In this document: one piece after another, positions 56,691 to 64,000 of the stretch | Layout of the letters: each line of letters starts with the position of its first letter | How positions within the stretch are numbered: position 1 is the stretch's first letter | Origin: Prasinococcaceae sp. CCMP 1430 | Taxonomy: Eukaryota; Plantae; Prasinodermophyta | Direction of reading: 5' to 3' | Assembly (NCBI GenBank): GCA_013416795.1 | Contig: RQSC01000024.1 | Coordinates: 241,483-305,482, forward strand | Length of the DNA: 64,000 bases | Program-made: the position numbers and the translations under genes | Notes under the pieces: generated by a model | Told to the model about the DNA's origin: nothing | Database searches by the model: none | Seen by the model: the letters and a program-made list of their open reading frames with translations, nothing else

Positions 56691-56930
56691 CCCCAATCGG
56701 CAACTACCATCATGGATGGTACTGTACAGCCCTCGAAAACAAACGCAGAGGTCTCAAAAAATTCGTACGCCTCGCCAGGCGGATTCACGCCCCGCTAAAA
56801 ATCGTTCCAGCGCGCGCCGCTTGGCCGGGGCGCGCTGGTTTGCCCAGGCCACTCATAGACTGGACTGCACTCCACTGATGGTTACCATCCGATTGGTACC
56901 AACCGATGGTACGTATGCCCCAATCGGCAA
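56691..56930. promoter_or_regulatory. Repeat- and palindrome-rich element in the divergent P450/COG0523 promoter
   Basis: 13-bp direct repeat CCCCAATCGGCAA (56691, 56918); TACCATC-ATG-GATGGTA (56705-56721); GATGGTTACCATC (56877-56889); TTGGTACCAA; five GTAC cores (56719, 56724, 56765, 56896, 56909). Confidence 0.6.
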
Positions 56931-57316
56931 TTAAGGTTTAGGCGAGACGCACCTTTTCCCAATTGAATTTGATACGACCAAACGCGGTGATGCATGACGT
57001 CTTGTCGCTTCTTTCCCGCCCGATCAATTCGATGAAACGCACGCGCGGGCGCGGCGGCGCTGCGTGCGGCAGAGTGCGCGCGCGCGCGCGGCCTTGCACG
57101 CCTCCCGCTTCCAACCGGCCTCCGTGCCTTCCTTCGCCCTCCTGCCGCTCGCCCGTCCCTCCCCTCGCGAGGTCCGGGCGCGCGGGCGCCGGCGCTTTGC
57201 CGGCGGGCGCTTGGTGCGCACTCGCGCGGCTGCGGCGGCCGACCGCGGCGGCCGCGGACGCCGGCCGGACTGGTGGGAATAGTTGCTGTGGGTGGTGCGC
57301 GCGCGCTCGGCGGACG

Positions 57317-58876
57317 ATGTGCGCCACGCCGCAGGGCGACGGCCCCGCGGTCGCTGGCGGTGGCCCCGTGTCCGTCACGCTGCTCTCTGGCTTCCTCGGC
57401 GCGGGCAAGACGACGCTGCTGAAGAGCGTCCTCGAACAAGCGCACGCCGATGCCGACAGCGCCGAGCCGCCGCTCAAGGTGGCCGTGCTGGTGAACGACA
57501 TGGCGGAAGTGAACATCGATGCGAGCATGGTGAGCAACACGAAGATGCTGCAGCAGGGGGAGGCGAAGATGGTGGAGCTCCACAACGGGTGCATCTGTTG
57601 CACGCTGCGGGGGGACCTGGTCAAGGCGGTGTCCGACTTGGCGCAGAGCAACAGCCTCGACGCCATCGTGATCGAGTCGACCGGCGTCAGCGTGCCAGAG
57701 GAGGTGGCGGAGACGTTCACGTCAAAGGTGCCCGCGGAGGCAGCCAGTAGCGGCGACCCAGAGCTTCGCGAAATCGTCGAGGCGCTGCGCGGCAAAAGCT
57801 CGCTCAACGAGGTGGCGCGGCTGGACACCTGCGTCACTCTAGTGGACTGTGCGGCCTTCAGCGCCAACATGTCCACCGCGGCGGCTCTCGGAGAGCAGTT
57901 CAAGGGCAGCGTCGATGAAGGGGACAATCGCAGCGTGGGGCCACTGCTCATGTCGCAGATCGAATTCGCTGACGTGGTCGCTCTCAGCAAGTGCGATCTG
58001 GTCTCGGAGGAAGAGGCCGATCGTGTGGAGCGCTCGATCCGTGCCCTGAATCCGGGCGCAAAGCTCGTCCGTGCGGTCCGCGGCGACGTGCCGCTCACGA
58101 GTGTGCTGCGCACGGGCCTCTTCTCGCCCAACAATGCACCCGGATGGGTGAGGCTGCTGGCGGACAAGGACGCCAACGTGCCCGAGACAGTGGAGTACGG
58201 AATTTCCAGCTTCGTCTATCGTGCGCGCACGCCGTTTCACCCCCTGAAGCTCAAACGTTTCCTGGACTCGATCTTCATGGTTCGCTTCCCCGGCATCGAG
58301 GAGACGCCACCGCCGCAGGAGGAGACAAAGGATGCGCCCGCGAAGAACGAGTCTCCGGCTGCTGCCCCGGCTCAGGAGCGCTTCCACGCCCTTGCTATGG
58401 AGCAGGAACGGCGCATGCGAGAGGTGGAGTTCCGTGAGCGCGAGGCGGGCGCCAAGGAGAAGGCTGCCCGCATGCACCAATCCTTCGGACGCATCCTGCG
58501 CAGCAAAGGCTTCATGTGGCTGGCCGGCCGAGACTCGCAGGCGGCCGAGTGGAGCCAGGCGGGCGGCGTGGGGCAGTTTCAATGCGGTGGCCCCTGGATG
58601 TCGTCCCTGCCGCCGCAGTTCTGGCCCCCTCTTGGCTCCGAAAAGCAGAAAGCCGTCATGAAGTACTTTCAAGGGCCCGTGCTGCAGGACCGGCGGCAGG
58701 AGATTGTCTTCATCGGACAGCAGCTCAACGAGGACGCCATCAGACAGGCTCTGGACGCGTGCCTCATCACTGTCGAGGATTTGCTCGACAAGGGCGAGCA
58801 CGTGTGGAAACTTGGCGTGCGCAACCTCGAAGACCCCTTCCCGACCTGGCGCCCTCTGCCTTCCTTTCCCCGGTAA
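57317..58876 (+). CDS. COG0523 (CobW/ZNG1/YciC-type) G3E GTPase, putative zinc metallochaperone
   Basis: Walker A LSGFLGAGKTT, NGCICC, IESTG, SKCD; CobW_C RSKGFMWLAG and DRRQEIVFIG. Intronless from ATG 57317. Confidence 0.95.
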   Translation: MCATPQGDGPAVAGGGPVSVTLLSGFLGAGKTTLLKSVLEQAHADADSAEPPLKVAVLVNDMAEVNIDASMVSNTKMLQQGEAKMVELHNGCICCTLRGDLVKAVSDLAQSNSLDAIVIESTGVSVPEEVAETFTSKVPAEAASSGDPELREIVEALRGKSSLNEVARLDTCVTLVDCAAFSANMSTAAALGEQFKGSVDEGDNRSVGPLLMSQIEFADVVALSKCDLVSEEEADRVERSIRALNPGAKLVRAVRGDVPLTSVLRTGLFSPNNAPGWVRLLADKDANVPETVEYGISSFVYRARTPFHPLKLKRFLDSIFMVRFPGIEETPPPQEETKDAPAKNESPAAAPAQERFHALAMEQERRMREVEFREREAGAKEKAARMHQSFGRILRSKGFMWLAGRDSQAAEWSQAGGVGQFQCGGPWMSSLPPQFWPPLGSEKQKAVMKYFQGPVLQDRRQEIVFIGQQLNEDAIRQALDACLITVEDLLDKGEHVWKLGVRNLEDPFPTWRPLPSFPR

Positions 58877-59287
58877 GAGGCGGGAGATCAAAGTTCATCG
58901 ACCCCCCCGGCGTGCGCGCGCTGAGTTGAGTGTACGCGAGTACGCAGAGGCGGCGCACGCGCGCGTGGGCGAGCGTGAGCGGATGGCGTGGGCCATCGCG
59001 CGCGCCTGCACTGCCGCCTGCACGCCGCCCGTGAACATGAAATTCAGTTGTCAGTTGCGCCATTCGTCACTCCGGACGCACACGCAGCCCCAGCGCGCCC
59101 TCGTGGCGCCGCAGCCCCCGCCGCGCCCCGGCTGGGCGCGCGGTCCATTGTGTCCGCCTCTCCACTGCGCGGCGGCAGCGGCGGGGGCGCGCACTTCCAT
59201 CTGTGGGCGGGTGCGGGGGCCGCGGCCGCACGGCGCGCGCCGGCGCGCACCAGCATTTGGTTCGACCTCCTGGCAGGGGGTGCGAGC

Positions 59288-59642
59288 GCCGCTCTGATGG
59301 CGTTTTCGCATGCTTGGGTTCCCCGATGCGCGCGGCGAAGAGGGTGCCGCTTTGATGGCGTTTTCGCATGCTCCGTCGGTTCAACGAAGGGGCGCGCCGC
59401 AAGCGGCGCGCTGCGTGCGCCCCACTTCTGGCACGCGCGCGCTCCCTCGCGCCGGCGGGAGGCGCGGGAGATGGAGACGCGCGGCGCAGCGGCAGTGGCG
59501 CCACACGCGGCTGCGCTTTGCGCGTGCTGACGTCCCCCGCGCCTCCCTTGTCTCGCTCGTGCGCTCGCGCCGGCGGGAGGCGCGGGAGATGGAGACGCGC
59601 GGCGCAGCGGCAGTGGCGCCACACGCGGCTGCGCTTTGCGCG
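59288..59642. repeat. Two local direct duplications upstream of the LRR gene
   Basis: About 27-bp GCCGCT(C/T)TGATGGCGTTTTCGCATGCT at about 59288 and 59346; about 79-bp identical segment at 59446-59524 and 59564-59642. Confidence 0.9.
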
Positions 59643-59701
59643 GTGCTGCGCGGCGCGGCGCGGCGCGGCGCGGGAGGGGCGCTCATTCCTGCGAGGAGCC
59701 C

Positions 59702-62074
59702 ATGACCGTCCGCGCCTCGCCGCAGCCGCTCACGCCGCCGGCCGCTGCGACCTCCGGCGCGGGGCCAGACGCGGGACCGCCCGCCGCAAGCGAGGGGCCG
59801 AGCGAGTCGGCTTCGAGCGTTGGCGAGGCTGCTCAGGCGCATCGCGATGCTGATGCGGAACGAGCGGCAACGAGCGCGCCCGACAGAGGCGCAGAGGCGC
59901 CGCCAGCGTGGGGTGAGGAGGGGGGGCAGGGCGGAGACGCTGCGGCGACACGCGAGGCAGAGGGGGGTGTAGGATCGCAGCCGCAGGCAGGGACCGACGA
60001 CCCGGCGAGTGACAGGGCAGGGGCACATGCAGAAGCTGAAACAGGCGCCGTGGCGGATGCGGGATCCGATGCAGACGCCGACACAAAGCCGGAGGCTCAG
60101 ATTATCGAGGGAGCGCCCTCCGGGTCGGCGGACCTGATCGACAGCGGCTCAGCTCTGCCGAGCGCTCTGCCTGAGTCCCACGCGGCTGCTGCCGATGGCG
60201 CGGTGCTCGACGGCTTTCTGCTGGTCGACAAGGCGGGCGTGGAGCTTCCCGAGAAGGCAGAGCTTGTCGCTGTGACCTCGTGTGATTTGTCGGACGTCGA
60301 AGTGGAGGATGCCCGCTTCTTTACCCGCCTCGCGAGTGCTGACCTCAGTGACAACCGCCTGCGAGAGCTGGCGCCGCTTGCGGCGTTTCCCGTGCTCAAG
60401 GATCTCAACCTGGCGGCCAACGAGCTCACCGACTGCAGCGTTCCCATCGCGCCCAAGGGCGCTGGCTCAGGCTCGCCCCCGCCATTTGCAGCGCTTCGGA
60501 CGCTCGACGTGGGCTACAACCCGCTCGGCGGCGGGGCGGCCTTTGCTCAGCTCGGCGCGTTGCCCGCGCTACGCTCGCTGGCGGCGCCATCATGCGGCCT
60601 CTCATCACTGCCAGGCTCGCTGGAGGGCAGCTTCTGCCAGCTATCGGAGCTCGACTTGCGCTCAAACTCGCTGCGTGGTAGCGCGCTGGCGGCGCTCGCG
60701 CCACTGCCTTGCCTGTCGGCGCTGCGCCTCGACGACAATCGCGTGCGGCGCGTGCCATCGCTTTCCGTCCGCGAGGGCCCCGCCGCGCCAGCTGGCAAGA
60801 GCAGCGCCACCACGCCGCCGCTGCCATCTGCGGGCCTGTGCGGCCTGCCCTTCCCCTCCCTCGAAAGCCTATACCTGTGTGGCAACCTCCTCAGCGATAG
60901 CCCGGACATCACTGCCCTGGCTGCGTGCACGCGGCTCACACGGCTGTGCCTGTGGGGCAACCCGTTGTGCACTCGTACGCGCGCGTTGCTGCCGCGTGGC
61001 TGGCGTGACGCGCACGCACAATCGCAACGCGGCAGGATGGTCTCATTGGGAAAGCTCGGCAGCGGCGGGAGCAGTGAGCCCTCCAAGCGCGCTGCAGAGA
61101 AGATGCTGTCCCAGGCGCTGTCAGCGCAAAGCGCAGCCATGTTTGGCCGCGACACCGCTCGACGCGTGGAGGTTGTTTTGTCGGAGCCACCGCTGCCGCC
61201 ACCGCGCCAGCCGCTGCGCGATCTCTACGAGGCGACTGTGAAGGACGCATGCGCGCGGCAAGAGCGGCGAGCGCGACGCCGCGAGGCCGTACAGCAGTCC
61301 TCTCTACGAGCCCTGAAGGCTCCCGCCAAGGGGGACCTAACCTTCGGCACTTCGCCAGCGCTGATGGAGCGCGCGCTTGCGCGGCTGGATGCTGCCGTGG
61401 ACGCGCACGGTCCCGCCCTGCGCGCTGCAAGTGCGCTGGCGCCGATGCAACGCGCGTCGCGTCAGGAGACTGAACTAGGTTGGACAGAGCCCGTACAGAG
61501 CGGCGAGGGGGGCGCCGAGGCAGCTGAAGCCGCGGCCTTTGCAACAGAAGCACTCGCTGGAGGACAGAGAATATCGCCGGCCCAAGATCCCGTCACTGCG
61601 CCACTTTCTGGCCTTGGAGAGGGCAACGAGGATGACGATGACGGCGATCGAGTCTTTCTGACTGTGTTCACCGCCGGCGGCGCCGACCTGCACGCGCACG
61701 CGGGCGAAGGGGGTGAGCTGAGCGTGGAGCGCTCACATGGTGGCGGCGATGGCCTGGACGACGACGAATTGCGCCCGCTGTATCCAGACGCGTCGTCGGC
61801 GCTGAGAGCGCTCAGATTTGCGCTGGCGCATCCACTCTGCGAGAGTGGCGATGGAGCGCGGCCGCCCAAACACCAGCGGATGACCGCATCCAGGCTCAAT
61901 AGGATCCGCCTGAGCAGCCGTAGCAAGCCCGTGACAGCACCGCGCGTGCCAAGCGGCGGCGGCGGCGGTGCGTCAGTGCGCTCAAAAGTGGCTGACATCG
62001 ACTCGATACTGCAGCACATGAAGGGGCGCCTCGCCGGTGTTGAAAGAGCCCTCAAGACAGCCCAGGAGGGATGA
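59702..62074 (+). CDS. Leucine-rich repeat protein, XRRA1-like
   Basis: LDGFLL..., LASADLSDNRL, FPVLKDLNLAANEL, LRTLDVGYNPL, LSELDLRSNSL, LRLDDNRV, FPSLESLYLCGNLL, LTRLCLWGNPL, and C-terminal SALRALRFALAHPL. The order resembles remembered XRRA1 architecture. Confidence 0.75.
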   Translation: MTVRASPQPLTPPAAATSGAGPDAGPPAASEGPSESASSVGEAAQAHRDADAERAATSAPDRGAEAPPAWGEEGGQGGDAAATREAEGGVGSQPQAGTDDPASDRAGAHAEAETGAVADAGSDADADTKPEAQIIEGAPSGSADLIDSGSALPSALPESHAAAADGAVLDGFLLVDKAGVELPEKAELVAVTSCDLSDVEVEDARFFTRLASADLSDNRLRELAPLAAFPVLKDLNLAANELTDCSVPIAPKGAGSGSPPPFAALRTLDVGYNPLGGGAAFAQLGALPALRSLAAPSCGLSSLPGSLEGSFCQLSELDLRSNSLRGSALAALAPLPCLSALRLDDNRVRRVPSLSVREGPAAPAGKSSATTPPLPSAGLCGLPFPSLESLYLCGNLLSDSPDITALAACTRLTRLCLWGNPLCTRTRALLPRGWRDAHAQSQRGRMVSLGKLGSGGSSEPSKRAAEKMLSQALSAQSAAMFGRDTARRVEVVLSEPPLPPPRQPLRDLYEATVKDACARQERRARRREAVQQSSLRALKAPAKGDLTFGTSPALMERALARLDAAVDAHGPALRAASALAPMQRASRQETELGWTEPVQSGEGGAEAAEAAAFATEALAGGQRISPAQDPVTAPLSGLGEGNEDDDDGDRVFLTVFTAGGADLHAHAGEGGELSVERSHGGGDGLDDDELRPLYPDASSALRALRFALAHPLCESGDGARPPKHQRMTASRLNRIRLSSRSKPVTAPRVPSGGGGGASVRSKVADIDSILQHMKGRLAGVERALKTAQEG

Positions 62075-62319
62075 ACGCGGGACTGTCGCGCATCCGCGCG
62101 CGCCTACGTAATAGTGAGCGCGTGGCCGCAAGCAAGGAGGCGAGGGACGACCTCGCGCCCACGTTTCCGCATTCGGCCGCAAGCGTGCGCGTGCGCGTGC
62201 GCGCGCTGAACTTCGCGCGCCGCCTGTGACGCCTGTCATGCTCGTTACATAGCGGGGTGGGGGTGGGGTGGGGGTGGGGCGACTACCTATCGTTGTTCAA
62301 GAGGGTGCCTACTCACTCC

Positions 62320-63868
62320 TCACGCGCGCGGGCCGCCCAACTTTGATATAGCCTCTTTTGCGCGCGCGCGCTCGATACCTGCGCACGTGCGTTCGCACAC
62401 GCGCATGCGCACACGTCAGCTGCAGCTCTCTTCATCCCCTCCCTACCCCCCAATCCCCACATCCCCCCCACCCCAACCCCTTTCTTCAGAAGCCATCGAG
62501 CAATGTGTATGCGCGCGAGGGCGTGCGCACCCGCTCGCTCGCTCGCGCACACGTACCAAAGATGTTGTACAACCTCCTTCGCTCGTCTTGATCTGTGACC
62601 CCCGCGAGGATAGCTTCACGCTCGGCCTCTCGCGCCTGTTCCTCTTCGAACATGGACAGGACCTCATGCTGGCGGCTCGTGGAGGGCGCACTACCAGTGG
62701 CTGCGACCTTCTTTTTTGTCTTGGTGGCCGCTTTCGGCCCATCCCTGCCCTCGAGAGCGTCCTTGCTCCCCCGCGACGGCCGCTTGCGCGGCGCGCTCTG
62801 CGGGCGCTTGGCCAGGGCCGCACCAGCCGGTGCGACCGTTTGGGGCGCGGCCGGGAGCTTTGGTCGCTCGCGGGGCGCCGAGGCGGGTCTTGCCCGCCGC
62901 AGCGAGGGTTTGCTCGCCGCCGACCGCGCTAGGATCGCGTCTAGGTCGACGTCTACTTTGCCCGCGCGCCGCGCCTTCTCGACCGCAAGCTTGAGCACGT
63001 GCTGCTGCACGGCGAGCGCCTTGCGCATTTCGCCCATCTCCGAGGCCATCTTTCGCTTCTCTGCCGCGATGCGCTCCGCATGGGCGTCCTTCTGTGAGAT
63101 GCGCGCGCGCAGTTCGTCGCGATGTCGCTCCGCGCGGGCGCGCGCGGAAGCGACGCGCGCATCGGCGGCGGCGACGCGCGCCTCGCGAGCGCCGCGGCGA
63201 TGCGCCGCCTTGCGCGCCTGACGGGATGCGTTCGATGCCAGACGGCGCTCAGCGTCCGCCATCCTCTCGCGGTAGTACTGCTGCTTCTGCTCGAGCTCAA
63301 TGTCTGCGCGCGCCTTGGAACTGCGCCTGCGCTCCTCGCGCGCCGCCTCCGCGGCACGCCTCTCGGCATCGCGCGCGGCTCGTACGCCCGCGCTGGCCGC
63401 AAAGGCCGCCGCAGCGGCGCGCTGGCGGGCGTAGTACGCCTCGCGCTTGGCCTCCACCTCCTTGTCCGCCTTTGCCTTGGCGTGCGCGATCTGCTCGCGC
63501 TTGGCTGCCGCCCGTTGCCGCGCCTCGGCGGTGGCCTCCCGCTGGGCCGCCGCGAAAGCTTCCGCCTTGCGAGTGGCGGCTGCCTCTCTCGCTTGCGCCT
63601 CTGCCAGCTGGGCCTCCCTGGCCGCCTGCTGCTGCGCGGCGGCGGCCTCCCTCTTCCTGGCGTGCGCCACGAGCTGGGCCTCCCGCTCGCGCGCCTCGTG
63701 CGCGCGCTTTGCGGCGGTGGCGGCCTCGCGCTCTTCCTCGCGCCGCGCGGCGGCGGCAGCACGCGCGTCAGCCGCGGCAGCGGCCGCGAGCTGGTTGCGC
63801 ATCGCGCGCAGCTTCCGCTCCTGCATCTTCGCCTGGAGTGCCATCGCTCGCTCGATGGCCGACGCCAT
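62320..63868 (-). CDS. Long coiled-coil protein (E/R/A-rich) with a conserved-looking C-terminal helix hairpin
   Basis: Exons 63868-62557 and 62378-62320 (GTACGT...GCAG) give EEEQAREAEREAILAGVTDQDERRRLYNIFGIERARAKEAI. Confidence 0.75.
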
Positions 63869-64000
63869 GGCGGACGGTCGTGCGCGAGAGCACGCCCTCA
63901 CGCAGACGCGCCGCTCGCAATCCCTCCCTTTCCCCTCCCTCCGCACTCCGCGCCGCGCCGCGCGGGCGTCCCGCGCGCGCCCTGCGCGCGCCCGCGCGCG

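Noticed and set aside
59258-59272. GGTTCGACC and the ATTCGAATCC near 8164 as tRNA T-loop/B-box signals
   Set aside because: No cloverleaf or A-box could be built around either.

Overview
Eukaryotic nuclear DNA, visibly very GC-rich and gene-dense, with short GT-AG introns rich in (GC)n and often carrying CTGAC-like branch points. There are four N-gaps (6925-6989, 26458-26576, 29615-29908, 56287-56353) and three single Ns (8585, 24498, 49002). Gene content points to an early-diverging, high-GC green alga (prasinophyte/Prasinodermophyta-like; inference, no database search was possible). About 28 protein-coding loci or fragments can be supported: a secreted TIG/Ig/EGF protein, LACS, an SDH5-like subunit, alpha-tubulin, a cyanobacterial-type LpxB-like glycosyltransferase, TVP38/TMEM64, a renalase-like oxidoreductase, CSDE1/Unr, a 2H phosphoesterase, WDR33/FY, PRMT4/CARM1, a stand-alone myosin TH1 protein, a DUF3825-RRM fusion, an SNM1/Artemis-like fragment, Sec16 with four WW domains, CDC5, a PAS-GAF-PHY-PAS-PAS-HK-REC phytochrome, a secreted Cys-repeat protein, a peroxisomal-type carrier, a CFAP97-like protein, a small Zn-ribbon protein, a CYP86-clan-like P450, a COG0523 GTPase, an XRRA1-like LRR protein and several hypotheticals. 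The most novel-looking items are the DUF3825-RRM protein (a mainly prokaryotic orphan enzyme-like domain fused to RRMs, inside an RNA-metabolism-rich stretch), the WW-bearing Sec16, the divergent kinase-competent phytochrome, and a recurring TACCATC/GATGGTA inverted-repeat element in two promoters. Several gene junctions lack start codons or terminal exons, so local assembly errors must be excluded. All family calls come from remembered motifs, not computed searches.
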